Assembly: GCA_030390025.1 (NCBI GenBank)
Contig: CM059432.1
Span: forward strand, 28,212,001-28,276,000
From: Squalus acanthias
Taxonomy: Eukaryota
Direction of reading: 5' to 3'
Length of the DNA: 64,000 nucleotides
Shown here: in pieces, positions 23,609 to 35,500 of the stretch
Numbering within the stretch: the stretch's first letter is position 1
Layout: each line of letters begins with the position of its first letter
Made by a program: the position numbers and the translations under genes
Notes under the pieces: generated by a model
The model's input: only the letters and a program-made list of their open reading frames with translations
The model's database searches: none
Told to the model about the DNA's origin: nothing

Positions 23609-24835
23609 ATAGCAAAATACTGCGGATGCTGGAAATCCGAAATAACAACAGAAAACGCTGGAAAAACTCAGCAGGCCAGGCAGCATCCGTGGAGAGAGAA
23701 ACAGAGTTAACGTTTCAGGTCGAAGACCTTTCGTCAGAACTGGAAAAAAGCAGGAAATGAAATAGATTTAAAGCAAGGATAAAGCTGGGAAAAGGGGGAG
23801 GGGATGAAAGAACAAAAGGAGAGATTAAGAGACATTGAGAGACATTAAGAGATGATCAAGGCAAGAGGAGGTGTTGATGTAACAGGTTGAGGCTAAATGA
23901 AGTGTGAAATGCACTGGCAGAATGAAGGACAGCTGCCAGCTTGTGGGAGGAAAAAAAAGGTGGGGTGCCAAACAAAAGGGTGGATGAAAAAATAAAATAT
24001 AAATGTGAAGGGGCTAAGGTTATGATCTAAAATTGTTGAACTTGATGTTGAGTCCAGAAGGCTGTAGGGTGCCTAAACGAAAGATGAGGTGCTGTTCCTC
24101 GAGCTTACGCTGCGCTTCAGTGGAACAGTGTAATAGGCCGAGGACGGAGAGGTCAGAGTGGGAGTGAAGTGGAGAATTAAAGTGACAGGTTACCGGGAGC
24201 TCGGGTGAAACAGCGATTTACTTGTACTTCCTGCAATTTAGTATACTGTATTCGCTGCTCACGATGTGGTCTCCTCTGCATTGGGGAGACCAAACGCAGA
24301 TTGGGTGACCGCTTTGCGGAACACCTCCATTCAGTCCGTAAGAGGGACCCCCGAGCTCCCGGTGGCCTGTCACTTTAATTCTCCGCTCCACTCCCACTCT
24401 GACCTCACCATCCTCGGCCTATTACACTGTTCCACGGAAGCGCAGCGTAAGCTCGAGGAACAGCACCTCATCTTTCGTTTAGGCACCCTACAGCCTTCTG
24501 GACGCAACATCGAGTTCAACAGTTTCAGATCATAACCTCGGCCCCTATCACATTTATATTTTATTTTTTCATCCACCCTTTTGTTTGGCACCCCCCGCTT
24601 TTTCTTTTCCTCCCAGAAGCTGGCAGCTGTCCTTCATTCTGCCAGTGCATTTCACACTTCATCCAGCCTCAACCTGTTACATCAACACCTCCTCTTGCCT
24701 TGATTACCTCTTAATGTCTCTCAGTATCTCTTAATCTCTCCTTTTGTTCTTTCATCCCCTCCCCCTTTTCCCAGCTTTATCCTTGCTTTAAATCTATTTC
24801 ATTTCCTGCTTTTTTCCAGTTCTGACGAAAGGTCT
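23609..24835. mobile_element. Penelope-like element, inverted (fold-back) insertion with GIY-YIG remnant
   Basis: The + strand from ~24208 reads KQRFTCTSCNLVYCIRCSRCGLLCIGETKRRLGDRFAEHL, then frameshifts to PELPVACHFNS..AQRKLEEQHLIFRLGTLQPSGRNIEF. Arms 23723-24205 and 24350-24835 are inverted copies. 15-bp TSD tagactaattatact at 23594-23608 and 24836-24850. Confidence 0.92.
23703..23743 (-). ncRNA. Minimal type-I hammerhead ribozyme motif (Penelope-associated)
   Basis: Minus strand: AGUU-CUGACGA-A-AGGUC-UUC-GACCU-GAAAC-GUU-AACU. Core CUGAnGA and GAAA, 5-bp stem II, palindromic AACGUU stem III, 4-bp stem I. Confidence 0.7.
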
Positions 24836-24903
24836 TAGACTAATTATACTGTACAGTTTGTGTTGATGCAGAATCATTCTGGCTCCATATTGAAGCAAGC
24901 TGT

Positions 24904-25948
24904 ATTCTTCTTTCTTCTTTCGTATGGTAGTAGCAAAGCAAATCAGATGTCAATATCTAAGTCAGATATCCAGGCCAAAGCTTCTGGTGTAACAGCGTGG
25001 ATATCTTGTAGGCTGTCTGCGAATTTCCTCTGAGGGCAGTGCTCAATGATGTGCTCCAGGGTCTGATCAGGAGCCCCACAGTCACATGATGGGGATGCTT
25101 TAATCTTCCATCTATGGAGAAGGTGGCAGCATCTACCATGACCAGTTCTGAGGCGGATGATGGTTGTCCACTGTTTGCGAGGAAGGTTTGATCCTTCAGG
25201 TTGTACTGTGGGGTCCTCTATAAGGAATCCATTCTTTACGTCACAGTTCTTCCAAGCATTTCGCCATCGGTCATCAAGACTGAGGAGAGATCACTGAAGG
25301 GCTTCGGCGACTGTCCAAAATGGCCTTCTAGATTTGAGACGAGTTGGTGGTAGGTTGTTCAAGTTGGCCTGGATCGGCATGTCTTTGCTGGTGTAGCGGT
25401 TGTATTCTCTGGAGACTGCATATTCGCGGCGTAGGTGTGGTGGTGCGATGTTTGCAAGCGTGGGCAGCCAAGGTGTTGGTGTCGATAAAAGCGTACCGGT
25501 GATAATTCTTATAGTAGAATTCAGCTGGACATCAACAGATTTGACATGCGGACTCGATAGCCATGCCGGAGAGCAGTACTCCGCTGTAGGGTACACCAGG
25601 GCAAGTGCTGCCGTACGGAGGGTTTGAGCGTCTGCTCCCCATGTGGATCTGGCGAGTTTCTGGATCAAGTTGACCCTGCTCTTTAGGTTCTGGAGATGTT
25701 GTCTATACGACAGGATGCGATCGAGTGTGATTCCTAAATAGGAGTTTTTTTTGGCATGGTTTACCTCTGCGCTGCAAAAGAAGACTTTCAAAGCTTTGTT
25801 TGCTTGATGGGTGCTGAGGTGGAATGTCGAGGTGACGGTCTTTTGCGGATTTGGCCGAAGTCGCCATCGGCGGAAGTAGGCCTCCATCCTCTGTAAATTA
25901 CTGGTCAGGGTCTCTTCGGTGATGGACAGATTCATGTTTTGCATGGCC
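24904..25948 (-). mobile_element. 5'-truncated Vingi/Ingi-like (I-group) LINE
   Basis: ORF 25291..25950: WRLRPNPQKT, YLGITLDRILSY, WGADAQTLRTAALALVY..AEYCSPAW, LANIAPPHLRR. 3' end CATACG(AAGA)n. 11-bp TSD aagcaagctgt at 24893-24903 and 25949-25959. Confidence 0.82.
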
Positions 25949-26694
25949 AAGCAAGCTGTGCAGTATAACTGGATCCTGATGTGGGATAGATCAGGACTAA
26001 TTTTGGTCTAATAGTGTCAGAACACGTTTGAGACAGTCTCGTACCTTTTCAGCTTCGCACTGGCTATAGTTTAACTGCAACTGTGTGAAAAGAACTTTGA
26101 ACTTCAAATCCCACATTCTTGCCACTGACTCCATTCTCTCTTCTGACTACTCGCTCAGGATGAACCAGTCCATGTTAAAAACTTTGTATCCGAACCTCAC
26201 ATTTCATCCATCACCAGGACTTCTCATTTCCATCTCTGCAGCATTGCCTGCTTCCACCTCTACCTCAGTTCCATCACTGCTGACATGCTTATCCACGCTT
26301 TCATCACCTCTGGACTCAATGCGAGGAATTACACACACAAACTCATGCCAGGCCATTGTGTCACCCTGTTCACCCAATTCACGCACCAGCCCCTACCTCT
26401 TCTGTTCTTCATGTGTGAAGCTAAACAGTGACTGTCAACAGGCTATTCAATGAGAGACAAGTTAGATCATGTGCTCACCTGATGTCCACAGCCAACTTTC
26501 TAGCATGTCCCCTGGATAGCCATCAGGAACTGGAACTTTAACTACTTTTTTTTCCCTCTCTAGATAGAGGCTACCAACACCCTGGTGAGAACAACTAACT
26601 CAGCTCAGACCAGGCAGCAAATCTTGTACCTTTCTAGTGTGTGTAGCTCAGTCCAAATTGGGCAATGTAAGTACAAATCAAGCCATTGTCTCTA

Positions 26695-26945
26695 TTTGAA
26701 GAAGAGCACAGGAGCTCTCCCCAGTGTCATGGTCAACATTTATCCCGCAACCAACAGATTATCTGGTCATTATTTAATTGCTGTTTGTGGGAGCTTGCTG
26801 TGTGCAAATTGCCTGACGCGTTTCCTACATTCCAATAATGACTGCACTACAAAAGTACTTAGCTGGGTGTAAAATGGTTTGGGATGTCATGAGATCATGA
26901 AAGACGCTATATAAATGCAAGCCTTTCTTTTCTTTTTTTTCTTTC
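26695..26945 (+). mobile_element. DeuSINE 3' half
   Basis: cagattatctggtcatt..gctgtttgtgggagcttgctgtgtgcaaatt..cgctatataaatgcaag matches 7495-7955. Older remnants lie at ~28990-29130 and ~63418-63520. Confidence 0.8.
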
Positions 26946-27019
26946 TATTATTTAAGGCTGACCACTGTTGGATCATTGTTGGACCAGGAATTATCCATGC
27001 CTGCAAGCTGTTTACTTAC

Positions 27020-27187
27020 TGCCGATGAACTCCAGTCCTCCAAAGCTGAACATGAATGTCTTCTTCTCTGTGTTGGACTTCACACCTCTACAAACACCCT
27101 CTCCACCAAGCAGCGATGTTTCCTGCCAGTCATCATCATTGCAAAGCAGCACATCTGGAAAACTGATCAGACCACAGAGGAGGGTAC
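27020..27187 (-). CDS. TG: Thyroglobulin exon (approx. human exon 27)
   Basis: Acceptor ttttggattgcag, donor gtaagt, 168 nt. GTLLCGLISFPDVLLCNDDDWQETSLLGGEGVCRGVKSNTEKKTFMFSFGGLEFIG vs recalled human GAIICGLLSSPSVLLCNVKDW..CPGV..LGDQEFI. Lies inside ORF 27012..27209. Confidence 0.93.
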
Positions 27188-27429
27188 CTGCAATCCAAAA
27201 CCCACACAAGTAAGTGCCATGGATGCCCTTTCAATTCCACTCTATTCCATGAAATGTATTGGCAAAATAATCCTGAACTGATGGGTGAGATTAACGAAAG
27301 CCCCACACGGAGAGTATGTCGAGGACTATTACATTTGGAGCATGCACTAGAGGGAGCACTTCTGTGTAGTTGTAGTCTCAGTTCCTACCACTAGGAGAGT
27401 TAATTTCAACACAGAAATAGAAATACATT

Positions 27430-28055
27430 GGGCCTGAAATTATGGTGCTTTCGCGTACACTGTCGAAAGCCTTCAGATAGGCCCCGCAAGTTCTGGGTTT
27501 CTGCATGCGCGAAAACCCGAAACTTGCGATCTATCAAGTTTCGTATTGACAGATCCTTCACATCCGCTACAAAATCACTTCCGCTGACGCAGAGTTCGGC
27601 TATTTGCAGCGAATGCCCACAAAACCCTTACGCCTGGTAAAAGCAGGTGTAAGGCCTTCTTTTAAAAGCGTAAGGGTTACAATAAATGTTAAAATAAACT
27701 TTTTAAAATGATTAAAACATACACATGCATTTAAAATGTTTATTTTAAATACTTAAATAAAGGGTCTTTTAATTAATTTTGAACATGGGAACATTTATTT
27801 TTATTTAAGTGGCGTGAATTCTTATTTATTTAGGGATTTCTAATATGCTTATGGGGATTCTGTACGTAAATGATTGGTTGACCGGGCCCACATGAACCAC
27901 ATGAACCCCTGGGATCTGTGGGCCTTTATGCAGGCGTACATCTGGAGACCCAGGACCCGAAGAATCCGAAGCTCCGGAGACACCAGGTACGTTCGGATTT
28001 TTTTTCGGTTTGGAGGCATATTCTCTGGTACGCGTCCGACCGCAAATTCAGGGCC
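27430..28055. mobile_element. Harbinger-like MITE
   Basis: Ends gggcctgaaatt / aaattcagggcc with 3-bp TSD ATT on both sides. Shares cttacgcctggtaaaagc and ttgacagatc with 21301-22045. Confidence 0.82.
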
Positions 28056-28399
28056 ATTGAAGTTACAACACAGAAACAGCCATTCAGCCCAAACTAGTCC
28101 TATGTTCCTATTGGAGGAAGGATCTTTGAAGTTCAGAGATTACAATGGCAGAAAGTTGAAGTTTTATGCATCAAATACATTTTAACTAAAAGATGTGGAG
28201 ATCTATGTTAGTTGAATTACTGCAAATGGTATTTTGGTAAGAAATTGCTATTGAAATTGTTTGTGTGCTATTATAAATTAAACTATTATCTGCATTGAAT
28301 TCAATTGAGCTGGCATGTCTGCTTCTTCTACTACCTAAGCTCAATAACTAAATTTACTCAAACTTAAAAAAATAATCAGGATAAAGTTTATTCTATGAA

Positions 28400-28780
28400 T
28401 TCATAGAATCAAAGAATCTTTAAGCATAGAAGGAGGTCATTCATCATGCCTGTGCTGGCTCTTTGAAAGCTATCCAATTAATCCTACTTCCCTGCTCTTT
28501 CCCCACAGCCCTGCAACTTTCTCCTTGTCAAGTATATATCCAATTTCCTTTTGAAAGTTACGATAGAATCTACCTCCACCACCCTTTCAGGCAGTGCATT
28601 CCAAATCATAACAACGTGATGCGTAAAAAAAAATCTCCTCTCTTGAGGGAAATAAACTTGCAGGGCGACGGGGATAGAGCGGGGGAATGGGACTGACTTG
28701 ATTGCTCTGCAGAGAACCAGCACAGACTCGATGGGCCGAATGGCCTCCTTCTGTGACGTTATGACTCTATGACTCAATGA
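28400..28780. mobile_element. Two CR1 3' ends joined in opposite orientation
   Basis: Minus-strand end at 28400-28635 (catagaat tail) and plus-strand end at ~28645-28780 (tatgactc tail). Confidence 0.75.
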
Positions 28781-29571
28781 CTCTGGTTCTTTTGCCAACT
28801 GTGGGACAATATCTTTGGTGCCATTAGAAGATGGGAGGAGAAATTTGGGGAAGAAAAAAAATACTATTTGACAAATCTTCAGTTGTTTACAAAAATGCAA
28901 CACCCCAGACCAAATTGAAGTTCATGATGTCGTAGAAATTAACAAAGTTGTGTCGTCAACCAACACCACCTAGAAATAGGCTGACTGGCTGTTTGTGGGA
29001 TGTTGCTGTGCACAGATGGCTGCCACATGTGTCTACATGACAACAGTCACTTCAAAAGAGTAATGCATTTGTATGAAGCACGTGGTGATGCTCAGACAGC
29101 ATGATAAGGTGTTATATATCTGCTTTCTCTTCCAGCTAATCTCTCCATCCTAAACAAACCTAAATTTTGACAAATACCCTTTTATGAAGACGCTGCCTCT
29201 TTAAAACATTTAAATAAAAACACAACTACCTGTTATTCCATGAATTTTTCCGACAATTTGTTTGTGGCTGAATCACGCTAATACAGACTGACAAATTGCT
29301 TCCATGACATGAGAACCCAAACATTTTCTGTATAGTTTTAAGCATGATGGTGCATTTTATTAGCATGACTGAATTTTCCTGCAGTAAACAGATGGCAAGA
29401 TATTCCTTCAACCTTGTGATTCACAGGTCATTAGGCTGCAAAGCTCACCAAAATATTGCAGAAAGTCAACTACCCTAACATTTGAGCTGATAATGAATTC
29501 CCCATTACAGTGTGCTGTCTAGCACATAACTCTCCACTGTTTCAAACGTGCAATATAATCCACAGAGAGCC

Positions 29572-32500
29572 CACCCAGTCCAAGAACTCTCCCCAATATA
29601 ATGTAGGTCCCAGTCCAGGGGCTCTCCCCAATATAATGTAGGACACAGTCTAGGGACTCTCTCCTATATAATGTAGGACACAGTCTAGGGACTCTCTCCT
29701 ATATAATGTAGGACCCAGTCCAGGAGCTCTCCCCAATATAATGTAGGACACAGTCCAGGGGCTCTCCCATATATAATGTAGGACACAGTCCAGGGGCACT
29801 CCCATACATAATGTAGGACACAGTCCAGGGACTCTTCCCTATATAATGTAGGACCCAGTCCAGGGGCTCTCCCCTATATAATGTAGGACCCAGTCCAGGG
29901 GCTCACCCCTATATAATGTAGGATCCAGTCCAGGGGCTATCCCATATATAATGTAGGAACCAGTCCAGGGGCTCTCCCCTATATAATGTAGGATCCAGTC
30001 CAGGGGCTCTCCCATATATAATGTAGGACCCAGTCCAGGGGCTCTCCCATATATAATGTAGGATCCAGTCCAGGGGCTCTTCCATATATAATATAGGACC
30101 CAGTCCAGGGGCTCTCCCCTATATAATGTAGGATCCAGTCCAGGGGCTCTCCCCTATATAATGTAGGACCCAGTCCAGGAGCTCTCCCATATATAATGTA
30201 GGATCCAGTCCAGGGACACTTCCCTATATAATGTAGGACCCAGACCAGGGGCTCTCCCCAATATAATGTAGGACACAGTCTAGGGACTCTCTCCTATATA
30301 ATGTAGGACCCAGTCCAGGGGCTCTCTCCTATATAATGTAGGACCCAGTCCAGGAGATCTCCCCAATATAATGTAGGACACAGTCCAGGGGCTCTCCCAT
30401 ACATAATGTAGGACACAGCCCAGGGACTCTTCCCTATATAATGTAGGACCCAGTCCAGGGGCTCTCCCCTATATAATGTAGGACCCAGTCCAGGGGCTCT
30501 CCCCTATATAATGTAGGATCCAGTCCAGGGGCTCTCCCATATATAATGTAGGACCCAGTCCAGGGGCTCTCCCCTATATAATGTAGGATCCAGTCCAGGG
30601 GCTCTCCCATATATAATGTAGGACCCAGTCCAGGGGCTCTCCCATATATAATGTAGGATCCAGTCCAGGGTCTCTCCCATATATAATATAGGACCCAGTC
30701 CAGGGGCTCTCCCCTATATAATGTAGGACACAGTCCAGGGCTCTTCCCTATATAATGTAGGACCCAGTCCAGGGGCTCTCCCCTATATAATGTAGGATCC
30801 AGTCCAGGGGCTCTCCCCTATATAATGTAGGACCCAGTCCAGGAGCTCTCCCATATATAATGTAGGATCCAGTCCAGGGACACTTCCCCATATAATGTAG
30901 GACCCAGACCAGGGACTCTTCCCTATATAATGTATTACCCCAGTCCAGGGGCTCTCCCATATATAATGTAGGACCCAGTCCAGGGCTCTCCCCTATATAA
31001 TGTAGGACCCAGTCCAGGGGCTCTCCCCTATAAAATGTATTACCCCAGGCCAGGGGCTCTCTCCCTATATAATGTAGGACCCAGTCCAGGGGCTCTCCCC
31101 TATATAATGTATTACCCAGTCCAGGGGCTCTCTCCCTATATAATGTAGGACACAGTCCAGGGGCTATCCCCTATATAATGTAGGACCCAGCCCAGAGATC
31201 ACCCCTATAATATGTAGGACCCAGACCAGGGGTTCTCCCCTATATAATGTAGGACCCATCCAGGGCTATCTCCTATATAATATAGGACCCAGTCCAGGTG
31301 GTCGCCCCTATATAATGTAGGATCCAGTCCAGGGGATCTCCCCTATACAATGTAGATCCCACTCCAGAGATCTGTCCTATATAATGTAGGAGCCAGTCCA
31401 GACATCTGCCCTATAATATGTAGGAACTTGTCCAGAGATCTGTCCTATATAATGTAGGACCCGGTCCAGGGCTCTCCCCTATATAATGTAGATTCCAGTC
31501 CAGGGGCTCTCCCCTATATAATGAAGGGCCCAGTCCAGGAGCTCTCCCCTATATAACGTAGGACCCAGTCCAGGGGCTCTTCCCTATATAATGAAGGACC
31601 AAGTCCAGGGGCTCTACCCTATATAATTTGGGGCCAGTCTAGGTGCGCTCTCCTATATAATGTAGGACCCATCCAGGGCTATCTCCTATATAATATAGGA
31701 CCCAGTCCAGGTGGTCTCCCCTATATAATGTAGGACCCATCCAGGGCTATCTCCTATATAATGTAGGACGCAGTCCAGTGGATCTCCCCTATATAATGTA
31801 GGACCCAGTCCAGGGGATCTCCCCTATATAATGTAGATCCCACTCCAGAGATCTGTCCTATATAATGTAGGACCCAGTCCAGACATCGCCCCTATAATAT
31901 GTAGGAACCTGTCCAGAGATCTGGCCTATATAATGCAGGATCCAGTCCAGGGGCTCTCCCCTATATAATGTAGGACCCAGTCCAGGGGCTCTTCCCTATA
32001 TAATGTAGGACCCAGTCTAGGGCTCTTCCCTATTTAATGTATGACACAGTCCAGGGGCTCTACCCTATTTAATGCAGGAGCCAGTCCAGGGGCTCAGCGC
32101 TATATAATGCAGGATCGAGTCCAGGGGCTCTCCCATATATAATGTAGGACACAGACCAGGTACTCTACCCTATATAATGTAGGACCCAGTCCTGGGGCTC
32201 TCCCATTTATAATGTAGGACCCAGTCCAGGGGCGCTCCCCTATATAATGAAGGACCCAGTCCAGAGGCTCACTCCTATATAACGTAAGACCCAGTCCAGG
32301 GGCTCTCCGCTATATAATGTAGGATCTTCCGGGAGCTCTCCCCTATATAATGTAGGACACAGTCCAGGGGCTCCCCCCTATATAATGTAGGACCCAGTCC
32401 AGGGGCTCACTCCTATATAATGTAGGATCCAGTCCCGGGGCTGTCCCCTATATAATGAAGGACCCAGTCCAGGGGCTCTTCCATATATAACGTAAGACCC

Positions 32501-35500
32501 AGTCCAGGGGCTCCCCCCTATATAATGTAGGTCCCAGTCCAGGGGCTCTCCCCTATATAATGAAGGACCCAGTCCAGGGGCTCTCCCCTATATAATGTAG
32601 GACCCAGACCAGCGGCTATCTCCTATATAATATAGGACCCAGTCCAGGTGGTCGCCCCTATATAATGTAGGACCCAGTCCAGGGGATCTCCCCTATATAA
32701 TGTAGGACCCAGTCCAGGGGATCTCCCCTGTACAATGTAGATCCCACTCCAGAGATCTGTCCTATATAATGTAGGACCCAGTCCAGACATCTGCCCTATA
32801 ATATGTAGGAACCTGTCCAGAGATCTGTCCTATATAATGTAGGACCCGGTCCAGGGCTCTCCCCTATATAATGTAGATTCCAGTCCAGGGGCTCTCCCCT
32901 ATATAATGAAGGGCCCAGTCCAGGAGCTCTCCCCTATATAATGTAGGACCCAGTCCAGGGGCTCTTCCCTATATAATGAAGGACGAAGTCCAGGGGCTCT
33001 ACCCTATATAATTTGGGGCCAGTCTAGGTGCTCTCTCCTATATAATGTAGGACCCATCCAGGGCTATCTCCTATATAATGTAGGACGCAGTCCAGTGGAT
33101 CTCCCCTATATAATGTAGGACCCAGTCCAGGGGATCTCCCCTATATAATGTAGATCCCACTCCAGAGATCTGTCCTATATAATGTAGGACCCAGTCCAGA
33201 CATCTCCCCTATAATATGTAGGAACCTGTCCAGAGATCTGTCCTATATAATGCAGGATCCAGTCCAGGGGCTCTCTCCTATGTAATGAAGGACCAAGTCC
33301 AGGGGCTCTACCCTATATAATTTGGGGCCAGTCTAGGTGCTCTCCCATATATAATGTAGGATCAAGTCCAGGGCTCTCCCCTGTATAATGTAGGACACAG
33401 TCCAGGGGCTCTCTCCTATTTAATGAAGGACCCAGTCTAGGGATCTTCCCTATTTAATGTATGACACAGTCCAGGGGCTCTACCCTATTTAATGCAGGAG
33501 CTAGTCCAGGGGCTCATCGCTATATAATGCAGGATCCAGTCCAGGGGCTCTCCCATATATAATGTAGGACACAGACCAGGGACTCTTCCCTATATAATGT
33601 AGTACTCCAGTCCAGGGGCCATCTCCTATATAACATAGGACTAAGTCCAGGGACTCTCCCCTGTATAATGTAGGACCCAGTCCAGGGGCACTCCCGTATA
33701 AAATGAAGGACCATGTCCAGGAGCTCTCCCCGAAATAATGCTGGACCCAGTCCAGGAGCCCTCCGCCATATAATGTAGGACCCAGTCCAGAGGCTCTCCC
33801 CTATATAATGTAGGGCCCAGTCCAGGGGCTCTCCCCTATATAATGTAGGATCCAGTCCAGGGGCTCTCCCCTATATAATGTAGGACCCCATCCAAAGATA
33901 TCTCCAAGATAATGTAAGATCCATTCCAGGAGCTCTCTCCTATATAATGTAGGACCTAGTCCAGAGATCGCGCCTATATAATGTTGGACGCAGTCCAGGG
34001 GCTCTCCGCGATATAGTGCAGGATCGAGTCCAGGGGGTCTCTCCTATATAATGTAGGACCCAGTCCAGAGAGCTCACCCCCATATAATTTAGGACCCAGT
34101 CCAGGGGCTATCTCCTACATAATGCAGGACCCAGTCAAGGGGCTCTCCCCTATATAATGTGGGACCCAGTCCAGGGGTTCTCTCCTATATAATGTAGGAC
34201 CAAGTCCAGGAGATCTCCCTTATATAATGTAGGACCCAGTCCAGGGGGTCTCCCCTATATAATGTAGGAGCCAGTCCAGGGGCTCTCCCCTATATAATGT
34301 GGGATCTAGTCCTGGGGCTCTTCCCAATATAATGTTGGATCCAGTCCAGGTACTCTCCCCTATATAATGTAGCACCCAGTCCAGGGGCTCTCCCCTATAT
34401 AATGTAGGACCCAGTCCAGAGGCTCTCTCCTATATAACGTAAGACCCAGTCCAGGGGCTTTACGCTATATAATGTAGGATCTTCCGGGAGCTCTCCCCTA
34501 TATAATGTAGGACACAGTCGAGGGGCTCTCCCCTATATAATGTAGGACCCATTCCAGGTGCTCACTCCTATATAATGTAGGATCCAGTCCCGGGGCTGTC
34601 CCCTATATAATGAAGGACCCAGTCCAGGGGCCCTTCCATATATAACGTAAGACCCAGTCCAGGGGCTCTCCCCTATATAATGTAGGTCCCAGTCCAGGGG
34701 CTCTCCCCTATATAATGAAGGACCCAGTCCAGGGGCTCTCCCCTATATAATGTAGGACCCAGACCAGCGGCTCTCCCCTATATAATGTAGGACCCAGTCC
34801 AGGGGCTCTCCCCTATATAATGAAGGACCCAGTCCAGGGGCTCTCCCCTATATAATGTAGGACCCAGTCCAGGGGCTCTCCCCTATATAATGAAGGACCC
34901 AGTCCAGGGGCTCTCCTCTATATAATGCAGGACCCAATCCAGGGGCTCTCCCCTATATAATGTAGGACCCAGTACAGGGGCTCTCCTCTATATAATGTAC
35001 GACACAGTCCAGGGGCTATCTCCTATATAATGTAGGACCCAGCCCAGAGATCACCCCTATAATATGTAGGACCCAGACCAGGGGTTCTCCCCTATATAAT
35101 GTAGGACCCATCCAGGGCTATCTCTTATATAATATAGGACCCACTCCAGGTGGTCGCCCCTATATAATGTAGGACCCAGTCCAGGGGATCTCCCCTATAT
35201 AATGTAGGACCCAGTCCAGGGGATCTCCCCTATATAATGTAGCACCCAGTCCAGGGGCTCTCCCCTATATAATGTAGGACCCAGTCCAGAAGCTCTTCCC
35301 TATATAATGTACGACTCAGTCCAGGGGCTCTCACCTATATAATGTAGGACCCAGTCCAGAGGCTCTCCGCTATATAATGTAGGATCTTCCGGCAGCTCTC
35401 CCCGATATAATGTAGAACCCAGTCGAGGGGCTCTCCCCTATATAATGTAGGACACAGTCCAGGGGCTCTCCCCTATATAAAGTAGGATCCAGTCCCGGGG

